A stretch of DNA of 64,000 bases from Octopus vulgaris (Eukaryota). Under the pieces are notes generated by a model, which made no database searches, was not told the DNA's origin, and saw only the letters and a program-made list of their open reading frames with translations. Below, one piece after another: positions 1 to 14,659 of this stretch (position 1 is the first letter of the stretch; each line of letters starts with the position of its first letter). Location: assembly GCA_951406725.2 (NCBI GenBank), contig OX597829.1:56048001-56112000 (forward strand), read 5' to 3'. The position numbers were made by a program, and so were the translations under genes.

Positions 1-790
1 AGAGGTTTTAAATGAGGAAATCTTAAAAGTAAAACAAACATTGGTTAGTAATGGGTACATGAATAGATTAGAAGACAAAGCTGCAGAACAATACAAAAAC
101 AAATTCTCCCAAACATGATGCAACAGATGCAATATCCAGTAACAATAACACACATACACACAGAAACAAACACATGCTTTACTACATAAATTAAACATAC
201 CCTGGTTACAAAATGAATGAATATTTCATTATAAAACTCGTAAACTTCGATACATGTATCATTTCTAAGCACAAATTCAGAATATATTGCAAAAACTCAA
301 TGACGAGAAAAAAATCTTCTCAGCATGACAACACGATCTTGCAAGCAATCGAACGTAAGTCTGACAGTGTAATATACAAATTTCAATGTAAATGTGAAAA
401 TTGTATACTTCAGGATTCAAACTGTCACATCAGCAAGTAAATGCAATACTTTCGCATCGGTTTGCCAAATATTTTCAACAACGAGAATGGCAACGCATTA
501 TACGAGAATAATACGGATAATGAAACAAGACCAAAATATAAAAAACACTATTTTACAGTTTCACGTCTTATACAGAACTCCACAAGAAAAGAATGACCAT
601 GGAAACTTTAATAGCAATATATCGACTAGAATTGGTTCTAAACACAGAACATGCCAAGCAGAGAATGGAATCAGTGAATCAGGCAGGAGTATTACTGTTG
701 GCCAACAGTAGGACACGATCAACATGTCCATACAATATATATAATTGTGTGTGTGGAGAGAGAGGAGAAAGAGGGGGGAGAGAGAGAGAA

Positions 791-1000
791 GGCGTATGGC
801 CCAGTGATTAGGGTGTTGTACTCACGATCGAGAAATCGCGGATTCAATTCCTAGTTCGGGCGGTATGTTGTATTCTTCAGTAAAACGCTTAGTTTCGCGT
901 TGCCCTGCGCGATGCATAAAGAATGTCAATATGATGGAGGGAGTGAGCTAACGTGCAATAAAAAACACATTTCATCATTTTAGACAAATCATTTCTGTTG
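791..1000 (+). mobile_element. tRNA-derived SINE, degenerate
   Basis: A-box tggcccagtgattagg and B-box ggattcaattcc; head resembles the copies at 40090-40400, 43916-44255 and 49004-49385. Confidence 0.7.
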
Positions 1001-1037
1001 TTGATCAACATGAAATTGAGAGATCCTCATCCTTTGT

Positions 1038-1106
1038 TTAACGACGTGAGAGTTTATAACATACATACACACACACACACATACATACATACATACATAC
1101 ATACAT

Positions 1107-1145
<39 letters not shown>

Positions 1146-1192
1146 CATACATACATACATACATACATACATACATACATACATACATACAT

Positions 1193-1229
<37 letters not shown>

Positions 1230-1250
1230 TACATACGTAATACATGCATA
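1038..1250. repeat. (CATA)n/(CA)n microsatellite
   Basis: Direct tandem repeats. Confidence 0.95.
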
Positions 1251-1499
1251 TATATACATGAACAGTAATTGTTCCATCTTCACTGTCAACAGCATTTCTG
1301 ACTTCCCATCCATGACATCTCAAATGACTATTCAGTCTCATCGTAGTTTGGTCGTAGATCTGCTTGGTTTGAAGCAAAAGTGATAGACGAAAGTCGTAAC
1401 TTACTGCGCGCTTCCAACTGGTTGGGTCTTCACTCGTCACCACTCTTCTATTGAGAAAGGGTTTTCTAATAGTTGGGATTACAAATGAGGTCGCCATAA

Positions 1500-2290
1500 A
1501 GAGACATCTGTACGCCATTGCAATTTAGTGACAAACGTTTGTACAACGTGTATATCGCTCTCTGAATCTCTGTAATTAGCGCCTAATGACAGTCCTAAGC
1601 AAAATCACCAGCAACCAAGTGAAAGCGCTGGTTTTACATGAACTTCCCTCTCCTACAAGGATGCAGCGACAGTTGCTAGGGTTCCCTCACTCCTTATTGT
1701 TTTTCTGTACGCCATGACACCAACCATTTCTGCGTCCCTGTGCCGAGATGGATCGCCATCACATATGTTAGTTAAACTATGGATGTGATCCTGACAAGTG
1801 CTACTATTCTGCGTCAGTTGCAGACCTGAAAATCTTTGCACTTCTGAACCAGGACCCATAACCGGATTAAATTGAAAAAACTGGAGCAAAATTTTATATT
1901 CAGAACTGGAACCATGGTACCAATGTGTTTAAAAGAACATTTCCCTCTCACGCCTTCGTCCCTCAATATACTGTAATAAGGCTTTGTTTTTAGATTTCCT
2001 CTCACTTTAATTTTCCTCTTAAGGTACCCCCACAAGCTTCTTTCCCGCTTTTTTATTTATCTTTCCTTCTATCTCTTTCACATAGTTTCGCTCTCCTAAT
2101 ATTTCCACTTTATGTATGCATTCTCGCATTGACTTGCGTTCCTTATCAGTTGCTCCCAGTCACTAAAACGTAGATGCAAATCACTTCTGCATTTCTTTGT
2201 TCCCTCTGTATTCTTAGCTCTGAAGAAAGGCACTGCCCGTAAGGACATAAACTTCGCTTTCACATGGCAATATCACTTCAAACTCTATGT
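1500..2290 (+). mobile_element. Penelope-like element 3' relic (GIY-YIG C-terminus, 3' UTR, dead hammerhead)
   Basis: About 1876-1945 reads KKLEQNFIFRTGTMVPMCLKEHF, like the PLE terminal EQxxIFxLGTLxPxGLN motif. Pyrimidine-rich UTR follows, with CTGAAGA at 2220. The tail cacatggcaa-t-tcact is shared with the region near 62115. Confidence 0.55.
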
Positions 2291-2494
2291 CACTTTTACC
2301 AAATAATATACGCCTTGCCAACGCAGACTACCACGAGTCTTCTTCAGTTCTCTTATAAAAATATATGTGTATGTGTGTATGCATAAACTATATATATATA
2401 TACATAAACACATGAATATATACATATGTAATATATACATGTATGATAAAGCATGTATGTACGTACGAGTGTATGTATATATGTATGTATGTCC

Positions 2495-3250
2495 GGGTGA
2501 TTTTTCACTAAAAAGAAAAGGATAGAGTTTGGACAAAAGCTAAATAGTCTTTTTAATAGATTTTTCTACGTGTCATTTATAGAATCTTGAATTCCTTATT
2601 TTCCTGGTGGTTCTGAGTAGCTATTGGTCTGTAATTTCATGAATCGCATCTGTGATTTCGACTTATATAACGATATCCCTGAAGCTGTCTTCCACCGACT
2701 TGAAGGTATGCCAAAAATGAACCAAAATTAAATAGGCGACAAAGAGCCCGGCTAGTAACTAAAAGAATTTCTTTAGTCCCATGGCTAGAATTTGATCAGG
2801 GCCAATGTTGCTGATGAATTGAAATCTCTGATAATGCAGACTTAGAAATATATTTTGTGAGGAAGGTAACGCTCTTATCAGAATTTGGTACCAGACACAT
2901 TTTTTCGGTGTTCATTAGAAGACACTGATTATGCCTTTTGCCGTTCGTATGGTGTTCGATATCGAGATATGGGCATTAGCATTATATTCAATGTTTCTGG
3001 ATTGTCTTCACACTTTTCAGGAATCTACTGGCTTGCTGTGACAAGTTGCATAAATTTTTTAGCATTTCAAAAAAATTGCCTTTTAAAGTAAACCTGTTTA
3101 TCCTTTTTTTCCCGTGACATTTGTAATTCAAGCAGTCTTCTGAAGACCGCATTTTACTTGGCTCTGTTATTTTATTTTATGATTGTTTTTGTGATTAATA
3201 AGGTACTGCAAAATCCATTAACGCATTTTCGTCTTTTGGTAATAATTATT
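2495..3250 (-). mobile_element. Possible Tc1/mariner-like transposase relic
   Basis: Minus strand near 2640-2760 resembles the SPDLNPIxFWGYL...ITDAI C-terminus across frameshifts; very degenerate. Confidence 0.35.
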
Positions 3251-3591
3251 TTAAATAATTCTTTCAGACTTCATGCCAAGTGAATGCAACGCTTTTCTTG
3301 TTTCTTTGTATTACCACACATATCTGACGGAGACTTTCAATTCTAATTAGTTTCTTTGGATCTATTTTACTGCTTAAATTTCGATGTTTAACGTCACTCT
3401 GAAAATGTTAATACGATCCACATCCAAAACTTTATTTCTCTACTGTAGTGATATCATTTTCAGTGTCCACTTGGTTCCTTTCCCTTCATTATTCATTACT
3501 TCGCCATTACTATAAAATCCACGTCACATCTCTGAGCACGGCACGTTTTCTCTCACTTTCATTTTCTCCTCTCCTCCTCTCTATTTCTCTG

Positions 3592-3625
<34 letters not shown>

Positions 3626-6342
3626 TACGCACACACTCACAACACACGCACACATACACACTCCCTCCCTCACTCCCTCACTCCAGCGGCTTAAATAGAT
3701 TCACACGTAGTCGTTGGTTGCCGTACAACATGTCGCTTACGCTTTCTTTTGTTCCACTGAATAAATATTGAATTCTCCCGACACATTTATCTCAATTTTC
3801 AAGTCATACATAAACAATCTTTTATCACTTAATTGTCTACCAAATAATATATATTCTTGGCTATTCCCTTGATAATCCCATCATTTCAAATCCAGCTACT
3901 CTAAATTTAACCACATTTATCACAGTCATCCACATAAACAACTGTACAGATTATCGCTAGATTTTTATCTAATAATTCTAGCCTGAACACATTATCCATT
4001 CAGGTATTGATTTCAACTGAAATCCATGTTATATAGTTTTCGCACCTAGGAATTACACTGTTCTACCTGAAACATTTCAGTAAGGTTCATGTGCTTCCAT
4101 TTACCTAACCGATCCGTTTTCACCACCTTTTTCTCTTTCATACATAATTTACGTACACTATAACACAACATAGTATCATAAATAGTTTTCATTATGATAT
4201 CTATTCTAATATAAGTACAAATACACAAATTTTATAGGTGAGATATACTTGATTATAACGACATTAGTATTTGACTGCTACATATTGACATAGGGGAGAT
4301 ATCATATTTATTTTTCGAATTTGTTGTTACAAATGCAGTATTTTAATATTTGTGTCGTCGAAACGTCTAATTTTCTTACTATCTGTTACTTTAAAAACCT
4401 TTCCAAACCAAATTCTGACTGAAAATTATCTCCTTCAGTAATTCTTTGTTTTTGTGGCCTGATTTTGTTTCTGTCTACGTAAAAATATTTTCAGTGTTGA
4501 CCAGCGTTTAACCATTGTCTTCTAAGCCCAAGCTCATAATCTTGTGACTACAGTCATACAGTTATAATAAGCAACGTTCAAAATTAACTTCATGGTAACC
4601 ATAGAAAACTACAACCAGGTTTTTTTTGTGAATTTTGTGAAATTACTCTAATTAACCCTGGTATCACTTGATAGATCCTATCTCACGAGCTCTTATCTCA
4701 CTAACTCCTATCTCTTACGTTATTCCAATCAGATTCGTGTCTTGCGTACTTCGCCAAAATTCATGTAAAAAAATTGCAAAGTATTCCAACAAATAATCAC
4801 TCTGTAGTTCTCTCATTCAAGTTTCATTATTTGGGAAGCAGAACGGTCCAACTCTGTAATATCCACTTCAAGGAAGCACGTGAATAAAAATAATTTACTT
4901 TCTTGTAAGGTAAATTACTTCCAATCTGAGACAGAAATGCTTCGCTAAATGAATATTTTTCATACCGATTGCTTCCTTTATACATTCAAACAATGGTTTT
5001 GTCCATTCATAACGAATTCCATGTAAATGTTCTCTTCGATACGACAGTCCATAATTTTAACTTACGTATGCCCGGCCTCAAGACACCTGCACGATTTATA
5101 ATATTCACACAGTAGTCTTGAAGAAAGAGTAATTCACTAACCTCTACGGCTATTTTCAATGGAATCCTTCTTTGCGTAAAATTAAGATGGTTTCCGAATA
5201 TCAAATAAAGAGAATTTTAAGGTCATTTTTTCCAAACGTTTTTAAAAACCATATTGCATACAGATTTGGTTTTGTTTAATAAAAATATATTCATATATTT
5301 TGGAACATTATATAACGCAAACAATGAAGCATTTTGTTGAAAACTTCTTTTCAGAATTTACATATTTGAACCAATTCCTTACAGATCTTTTGATTTATTC
5401 AAAAACAGAGTATTTCCGCCCGTAATTTGTCTTTATATTTCTTAGCTAATAACAATACCTTTAAAATAGCAAATCCATACTGAAATATTCACCAAGGTAG
5501 AGCATGTCTAAAAACTGATAATCTTAATCTATTTGAAGATGTATATCAAAGCGACTATATTTTGATAGATAAGTGTTTTGAGCATAGACTCAGTGTGATG
5601 GCCATGATTGGGCAGAAATCGCCAAACTCTCAGTTGTATACCTCAATTAACTCGGATATCCACGCAGAGATCAATTATTAATACATCAATAAATACATCG
5701 AAATGAGATTATAATTGCTAGTCTTGACAGTTAATATGAATGACAATGTTATTGGGTTCCTTCGAATCGATTTTGATTTATATCAGCTTAAGCCTAATAT
5801 TAAATATTAATTAAAATAAGCATAGAATTCACATAATGGATAAGTAAAGAACTGTAATTTATTTAAATTTTGCAGCTGATATCTTGCCGTTGGGTATGTA
5901 AATAAAAATATGTCTTAGTTTGATAAAAATTCAAAATAAGGCAATTTTCCATGTAGAGTCATCGCCAGCGGGCATGTTCTGAATGATGTTAAAATCTTAC
6001 AATATAATTTGTTATCGCAGTTTATGTTTGTACTTCAAAAGATATTTATCATTTTATATTTTCTTTAATTCAGCTGACGTAAATATTTGTAAGTTTAATA
6101 CAGGAAAGCTAGAAAATATAAACCTAATTTCAAATTTTTAAAGAAGCGTTTCAATGGTAGAGATTATGTTTATCTTCTCTGAAATTACAAACAATAAATA
6201 GTCAATTTTGTGGTGGTGGTGGGGGGGTTATCAAACGCATGATTCTCGCTTGTCCAAAACACCTCAGATTAAAAAACGAACGTTTGAGATTATGAGATAT
6301 TCAGGTTCCTCTCAAGATTACGAGAAACACTTCACTTTAGAC

Positions 6343-6815
<473 letters not shown>

Positions 6816-7328
6816 AAGATTTTAATGGACATCGAAAATTTCTCTGGACTAGGATCATTGCAAGCTCAACTTTGGGGCGACTAAAGCAAATAAAAACCAT
6901 TTCGAATTTGTAACATCTGCCGAAAACAATGTAGGAACTTGAAGAAAAAAAGTTACACCATTTAGCAATCACTTATAAATACTTCTTTTTTCTATAGGCA
7001 CAAATTTGAATTTTGCGGGAGGGAATCCAGCCGATTACATCGGCCCCAGATCTCAACTAGTACTTATTTCATCAACCATGATGAATTAAGACAAAAGAAA
7101 ATCATAAGGAATAGTAATGAAAGAAAATCTGAGAGAATTAGCAGCTCCATAAAAGCATTAGAATTCTTTCTTAACAGGTCTAACCTAACTTCTAATAATA
7201 TAACATTGATCGGAGTCAATGTTTTGGTCCCCAATCGATTATAAAGTATCCGGTTGTTTGTACATCGACGACCAAAACGTCAGCTTTTCCGGTAAGAATT
7301 AAGAGCAGCATTGTCATAGCAATAATTC

Positions 7329-7545
7329 AAGGTGGTGTGCAGGTAGAATCGTGAGCACGGCGGGTGAAATGCTTAGCAGTATTTCGTCTGCCGTTACGTT
7401 CTGAGTTCAAATTCTGCCGAAGTCGACTTTGCTTTTCATCCTTACGGGGTCGATAAATTGAGCACCATTTACGCACTGGGGTCGATCTAATCGACTGGCC
7501 CCTCTCCAAAAATTTCGGGCCTTGTGCTTAGAATGGAAAAGAATA
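7329..7545 (+). mobile_element. tRNA-derived SINE with Meta-like central domain (octopus OR1-like)
   Basis: gagttcaaattc B-box followed by gtcgactttgc(c/t)tttcatcc...ggggtcgataaa; many copies in the window. Confidence 0.85.
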
Positions 7546-7594
7546 TTATTATCATTATTATTATCATTATCATCATTATTATTATTATACAGTA

Positions 7595-9070
7595 GTCTTA
7601 TTTTTATCACGTGCAGCTCTGTGTGCCTTGGGTATGTGCTGTGGTTTGTTGTGATGCTCTTATTTTTACTGTATTGAAAGTGTTTTATGTAGGATGTGTG
7701 TGGTACCCAGTAGTGCTATTTTCTGTATGTTATATATACTTGTATGTCCTGGTGCTTTTGTTATGTGTTTGTCCTAATGCACCCGCTATTATAGGAATTG
7801 TTTCTCTTTTTAGATTCCACATTCAAGTTACATATATTTCCAGATCTTTGTATTTTGAGTTTCTCCGGTTCTTTTAGAGAAACGTTGTTATCTGTTGGTT
7901 TTGATACATTGATTAGAAAGCATTTTTCTTGGTGATCTTTGACAACTATCTCGGGCCTATTGGCCTTAATTTCTCTATCTGTGAGTATTGAGATATTCCA
8001 TAGTATTGTTGCTTTCTCATTTTCTGTGACTTTGTCTGGGGTGTACCTATACCAATCTTTTTTCTGTTGTTATTCCATAATGTTGGCATAGTTTCCAGTG
8101 TATGTAGGTTCCAACTCTGTCATGTCTGTGAATATATTCCTTCTTAGCCAGGAGTGGGCATCCAAAGACAATATTATTTATTGTTTCTTCTCCCTCATCA
8201 CATTCTGCAGTTAGTTATTGTATTTCTTTTCATTGTGTGTTTTTTGGTGATTTCTGGTGGGGAGGTCTTGTGCTGCAATTAAAAATCCTTCAGTCTCTGC
8301 TTTGAGTCCTGAGCTTCTCAGCCATTGTTGCGATTTTGCTTTGTCTGTTTCTTTTCTGTTTAGTTTAGTCCAGTATTTGCCATGAAAGGGCTTTTCTTGC
8401 CATCGTTTTATCATGGCCCGTTGCTGTTCCAGTTTTAGTTTGGATTTCAGTTGTTTTACAGCTTTTGTCATTTCTTCTTTTTCTTCATAGCTGTTAAGAA
8501 CAATAACTTTTTTTTGTATTTGTCAGTTTCCTTAAAGATAGAAAGCAATTTTCTGTTTTGTTCGTGTTTTGTGGCTATTTGTATAAGTTTTCCTTGTTTC
8601 TTAAGTAGATATTTCTGTAATCCTATGGTGGTTATTTTGTAATAGTTTTCTAGCTGTATAAGACTTCTACCACCTCTGATACGTTGTAGATTTAACCTTT
8701 CCATGACAGATTTTGGATGGTTCATCCTAAATCCTGTCATTATTTTTCTTGTTTCCCTGTCTATTTTGAGTAGTTCATTTAAAGTTCAGTTAATAATACT
8801 GTAGCTGTAACTTATAAGTGAAACGCATAGTGTTGATACCTATTATCTTGTTTTTCGCATTGACCTCTCTTTTCCGTATTAATCTAACTCGTCTGTATTA
8901 TTCATTTCTTGTTTGTGTGTTGTATCATATCTATTTCATTGATTCCAAAGTATTTGTATGTCTGGCTTTGGTTTAATTCTCTTATTTCATTTGCTTTATC
9001 TAGTGTAATGTTGTTTTTCTTAGCTAGCTTTCCTCTTTTCGAGGTTGCATTGGTGTATTTTTCTAAGCCA
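7595..9070 (-). mobile_element. R4/Dong-clade RLE LINE, 3' part, frameshifted
   Basis: Minus-strand peptides HPKSVMERL, WQEKPFHGKY, WLRSSGLKAETEGFLIAAQD, RHDRVGTYIHW and IKANRPEIVV. The 3' UTR matches 51940-52030 and ends beside (TAA)n. Confidence 0.85.
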
Positions 9071-9171
9071 AATTAACACTATAAGCACCATCTTTTGTAT
9101 CATTAAGATGCCACATCTCTTGTATTATCATTATTATTATTGTTGTTGTTGTTGTTGCTGTTATTAAGCCT

Positions 9172-9455
9172 TTGAGCTAGCAGAAATATTAGCACACCGG
9201 ACTAAATACCTAGTAACATTTCGTCCGTCTATACGATCTGGGTTCAAATTCCACCGAGGTCAGCTTTGCTTTTCATCATTTCGCGGATGGTAAAATAAAT
9301 ACTAGTTGAGGATTGAACTGGCAGAACCATTAGCAGGCCGGACAAAATGTTTGGCGGCATGTTGTCTGTCTTTACGCTCTGAGTTCAAATTCTGAGTTGC
9401 GTACTGAGATCGATCTAATCGACTGCCCCCTCTCGGGCTTTGTGCCTAGAGTAGT
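9172..9455 (+). mobile_element. Tandem pair of partial Meta-type SINEs
   Basis: Two ctggcagaa...gttcaaattc heads in tandem. Confidence 0.8.
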
Positions 9456-10740
9456 CTCCCTGTCTAGTTTGGATAGTTCATTTAGCGTCCATTTAAGAAT
9501 ATTGTAACTCACCTATAACTAGAAGAGCTAAAGTATCGATGTTCATTATCTAATTTTTTTTAATTGAACTCTGTTTTAAATATTTCGCCTATAATATTCC
9601 TTCTTTACTTTCTTTCATTTGTGTGTATTGTACCGTATCTATTTCATTGATTCTTAAGTATTTGACTGTCTAATTCTCTTTTTCATTTTCTTCCTCTAGT
9701 GTGATATTGTTATTCTTAATAAGTTTTCCTCTTTTTAAGGATGCCTTGATCTTTTTTCTCAACCGAATTTCAGTTTTATTTCTTTGGTAATTCCTTGCGC
9801 TCCCTGCAGCAATATTTCCAGTTTATCATTTGCATCATACAAGAGACAGTTTATGATTTTACCTTATCAGATGTTTCTACATCCAGTTCTGTTTAGCATC
9901 TCCGTTAAAGGTGTTAATACCAGACAGAAAAGGAATGGCAAGAGCGGTTCTCCCTGGAGCATTCCTCTTTCAATGGAGATGGCTTTAGTTTTCATAATTC
10001 TCTCTTTTGTCTGCAGAACTGTTTGTCATTTACTCATTACATGTTTTATAAATTCTATTAAAGTGGATCATGACTAGTCTTTTCAGAATCTATGAGTGGG
10101 GAATACTGTCAAAAGCCTTCTGATAATCAATCCAAGCCATGCTTATACTCTTCTTTTTCTTTCGGCAGTCTTCAGTTATGGCTCTATTGATCGATAACTG
10201 ATCTTTACAAGCATATAAGCCTTACCAACATCCCTTCTGGTCGTCTGGAAATATGTTTTCTTCAAAATGTTTGCCCATTTTCTAGAATGTTATTGCGTTT
10301 AAGGCCTTATGGGTTGTAGGGAGACAAGTTACAGATCTGTAGGTTTGTGTGTTTGTAGTTTCGTAGATCTGGGATTTAGAATGGTTTTCTTTTCTGTGAG
10401 CCTATGTGTTGTCTCTAGTCCCATCAGCATTTTATTGAACTTCTCTACTAGCACCTTAAGTGTCCCTGATAAATATCTTAACCGGAAATTAGGAATCTTG
10501 TGTTTTGGTGTCTTCCAGTTATTTGAGTTTTGCACTCCCCGGGTTACCTCTTTCGTAGTTAAGGGTCTCCGGAATCGTTCAGGTGCTGTGCTTATTGTTT
10601 TAATTAAAGTTTTGTATTGGGTAATTCTTCGCTGCCAATACTTCTTTCCAAAATCCTTCTAATTACTGTGTTGCTGGCGTTGCATTGATTTCCATTTTAT
10701 CTCTACCGAGTTGTTGATAGAACCGTTTGAACAGGCATAT
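9455..10740 (-). mobile_element. R4/Dong-clade LINE reverse-transcriptase fragment
   Basis: QKGC...CKDQL, AWIDYQKAFDSIPH, QGEPLLPFLFCLVLTPL and NNWKTP motifs on the minus strand with stops. Confidence 0.8.
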
Positions 10741-10789
10741 TCTAGAAGATTGTGGCCTGGTCATTGTCATGTATCTTGTTTGGCAGACG

Positions 10790-12360
10790 TTTATACCTGT
10801 TCTTGTTAGTTTTTATGTTGTAGTGCTGGCATATAATGTTCAGCTGACGTAACTACTTGATCATGTCTGTATATATATATTCAAATTTGACAAGGACTGG
10901 AAAGCCAGAGACTATGTGCTCAACTGACTCATTGTGCTGGTTGCACATTCTGCATTTGATATGAGGGCCTGTTTACATTATTTTGCTTTTATAGTTGTGT
11001 GCAGTGAAAATCAGTCCTTCCATTTCAGCTTTTAGTCCAGAGCTTTTGAGCCATTTTTGGCTTTTACTTAAGCTCACTTCTTGCAGGGTATTGGCTATGG
11101 AGTGATTATTCTCTTTATTTCTTCTTTAGAGAGTTTGTTGTTCTTTCTGTTTTCATGTTTTTTGTCTCTCTGATCGTTTCTGTTATGTTGTAAACCAAGA
11201 TTGGTGTATCAGTATAGTTTGTTTCGGTTTTGTATTTTGTCGCCTCCTTTTTTCGTGTTGCTTTCATCGTTTCGCGGATGGTAAAATAAATACCAGTTGA
11301 GGATTGAACTGGCAGAACCATTAGCAGGCAGGACAAAATGTTTAGCGGGATTTTGTCTGTCTTTACGTTCTGAGTTCAAATTCTGAGTTGCGTACATTTT
11401 TTTTGTTTCCAGCACTTTTCTTGTCCAACTATTGTTATTTTGTAGTTGTTCTCTATCTGTGCCAGAACGCGACCTCTTTCTGAGCGAGATAGATATATTC
11501 TATCTATGTCTGCTTTGGGATGGTGACTGCAGTATGTGGTTAATAGTTATCTGGTTCTTCTAAGTTTCTCAATTCACTGATTTTCCAGTTTATTATGCTG
11601 AAGTTGTAATTTATGACTGGTATGGCTAGCGTGTTTTTCCCTATTATCTTATTCTTAGCATTGAGTTCAGTGTTTAACACTAGTCTATCTCTTTTGTAAT
11701 ATTCTCTCCTAATTTACTCTTTCATTTATGTATGTTGTATTTTAGCGGTTTCGTCCATTCCTAGTTATTCGTAAGAGCGATTGTAGTCTAATTCTCCTAT
11801 TTCTGTGTTTATGTCGAGTGCGGTGTTATGAATGCTAATTAATTTGCCCCTTCTCAATGTCACATTTGTCCAGCCTCATGCTCATCCCGATGTCCTTGCT
11901 GAAACTATGGACAACTTCTGCTTACTTTTGTTCCATGGTATTTTTGACGAACGTTTTTGAGTAATCCGTGTATAGGAGAAGGTTTATTGTTTGTCCATAG
12001 GATCGTTACTCATGGTGGTTTCATTTCAAAAGATTGTTAGCGGGGTCAGATTAAGGCAGAAAAGCAGGGGTGACAGCGAGTCCCCATGGAAAACACTCTT
12101 CTTATGGGTATAGGGCAAGTTTTAATATCATCTGACTCATTTTTCGATGTTATACTCGTTTTCCAGTTTGCCATTACATGTTTGATATATTTTAGAACAT
12201 GTTGGAGCTACTTTATTTGTGTGGAAAGATTCCAGTTCCATAAGTGTGGAACACTGTCGAATACTTTTTGGCAACCAATCCAAGTCATGTTGAGGTTTGT
12301 CTTTCTCTTTTTATAGTTCTCTATAATGGCTCGATTTACCAATCGTTGCACTTTACAACC
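10790..12360 (-). mobile_element. R4/Dong-clade LINE fragment (RT to Zn-knuckle), interrupted at 11258-11395
   Basis: GCKVQRLVN, WIGCQKVFDSVPH, GDSLSPLLFCL, ELNAKNKI, LAIPVINY, CRMC and RHD motifs. Confidence 0.8.
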
Positions 12361-12375
12361 ATTATTATTATTATT

Positions 12376-12866
12376 GAGTGAGAGAGTGGTACATGTCATC
12401 AAAATGACACTGGGGTAAAATATACGAAACCCAGTATACCCATCATGACTACCTGTTTGATAAGGGTACACGAGGTACATGCATCACAACCATATCAACA
12501 TAAACAGCTCATGACCTTGCAGGTGGAGCCCAGTTAAAATTTTCTTCAGGTTGAGTAAAGGGTTGTTAAGGATGTTGAATGACACACCCATGTTTCCAAA
12601 TGTGAATTATGAGAACACCAAAGAATTCCTCTCAACACATGGCTATGATAATCTCCCACTATTCCTGCTCATGATCAGAGATGCACATATCGTCAGCCAC
12701 TAAGGGACATGCTCAACTGGTTTATGGTGAAACAAATGACAAGCAAACCTGTGGTATTTGCTGTAGCCCATCTTTTATACCAAGACAAAACAATGTACAT
12801 GATAACACTTCCAATCAGTTAAGATCAGAAGCCACGAGACCCACTGCTTGATACTGCATCAGGGCA
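12376..12866 (-). mobile_element. Non-coding retroposed element inserted in (TAA)n; same family as 63466-63923
   Basis: Reverse complement aligns along the length of 63466-63923; flanked on both sides by TAA tracts. Confidence 0.8.
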
Positions 12867-12998
<132 letters not shown>

Positions 12999-12999
12999 T

Positions 13000-13985
13000 T
13001 ATGCTTGACTTTTGCTTTACATTTGTACAAGTGGACTCCAAGTCTCACCCAGAGACTTCAAGAGACAACAACTTAGAAGTTCATGTTGGTGTTATGCCTA
13101 GGGTGTCATATATTTGGTTTTGTTCATAGTATTGTTCTAGAGAATGTTTAAGAAGACATAAGAAAAATATGTATTTTTTAAAATTTGAGATTACCTAGTA
13201 TTTTACGTAGGATATGGACAGTTTCCATGAGCACTATCTTTTGAATTTCTGCCATTTTGCCGTTCTTTAATATGTTGGCCTGGTAGTTCTTTGTAAGTAG
13301 GCATTGATCTCGGGTTGCTATAATAAACCTTTCTGTTTCTGATTTTAAACCAGTAGCCATTAGCCATTGATGGGTAAGGGCTTTGTCAACATTGACACTA
13401 TTAGCTTTCTTTGGTTATTTGCCATTGAGCTGTTTTTCTTGCCATTTGTCATTCAGAGTATCTAAGGCAGCAGTTTTAGCACGGGTTTTCATACACTTAG
13501 ATTTTTCTGTGCTTGTTTCTAGTACGTCTAATTCTGAAATTTGTTGTATTTGGAATTCACTTAGATATTCCTTTGTCTGTTTTGTTACTGAGTATGATGC
13601 TTTCTTATTTTCATGCTTTGAGACAAGCTTTAACATCCAGCCATCAGAGATTTTCAGGTAGGTGTCTAGGCCAATTATAGCAATCTTCATTGTTATTGCG
13701 AGTTGTAAAAGTCCACGGCCTCCCTCTTTTCTTGGCAGATAAAGTCGTTCTATATCTGCCTTAGGGTGGTGCATTCTATGCATTGTCAACAGTTTTCGTA
13801 TTTTTCTGTCAAGATTACATATTTCAGTAATTGACCAGTTAATGATATTCAAACTGTAAGTCACGACTGGTATGGCTAAAGCATTGATCACTTCAATCCT
13901 GTTTCTCGCATTCAACTCTGTCTTGAGTATTGCTCTTACTCTGCGATAACATCCTCTCCTGATCCTTTCCTTCATCACTGAATGC
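13000..13985 (-). mobile_element. R4/Dong-clade LINE 3' part with internal deletion
   Basis: ORF 13415-13978 (ELNARNRIEVINALAIPVVTYS, HHPKADIERLYLPRKEGGRGLLQL), then GLKSETE joined directly to IQKIVLMETVHILRK and a 3' UTR. Confidence 0.9.
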
Positions 13986-14009
13986 CTTTCACAGTTTTGT
14001 ATTATTATC

Positions 14010-14410
14010 AGGGCAGCGAACTGGCAGAGTCGTTAGCACTCCGGGCGAAATGCTTAGTGGTATTTCGTCCGTCCTTACGTTCTAAGTTCAAATTCCGCCG
14101 ATGTCGACTTTGCCTTTCATCCTTTCGGGGTCGATTAAATAAGTACCAGTTACGCACTGGGGTCGATGTAATCGACTTAATCCCTTTGTCTGTCCTTGTC
14201 AGTAAAGAAATAAGAAACGTTAGCACGCCGGACAAAATGCTTAGGGGCATTTTGTCTGTCTACGTTCTGAGTTCAAATTCCGCCGAGGTCAACTTCGTCT
14301 TCGAAACTTTCGAGGTAAATGAAATACGTACCAGTTACGCACTGAGATCGGTGTAATCGACTTACCTCTGCCCCTAAATTTTAGATGTTATGCCTGATGT
14401 AGAAAGGAGT
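14010..14410 (+). mobile_element. Two tandem Meta-type SINEs
   Basis: Two complete head plus gtcgactttgcctttcatcctttcggggtcg modules. Confidence 0.85.
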
Positions 14411-14659
14411 ATTACTGTCATTAGTTTTTCTTTCAATTGTTTCCATTATTTGCTGGGTGTCTTCCCGACATTTAGAGCAAAGAAATTCACTGTATACATT
14501 GACAGGCCATTAAAATAAACATGACGGGTTGTTCATTTACAAAATCAAGTTATGTGAAAGGAAAAAAAGATCAAAACGAAATGGAAAAGGAAAAAGAAAA
14601 AAGAAGAAAAGAAATAACTGCATGAGTTATAATTGTTCTCACTGCTACAATGTACTTCT

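Noticed and set aside
12780-12866. HDV-like ribozyme at the 5' end of the TAA-targeting element
   Set aside because: Only one good hairpin; I could not build the P1/P2/P3 double pseudoknot or place a catalytic C.
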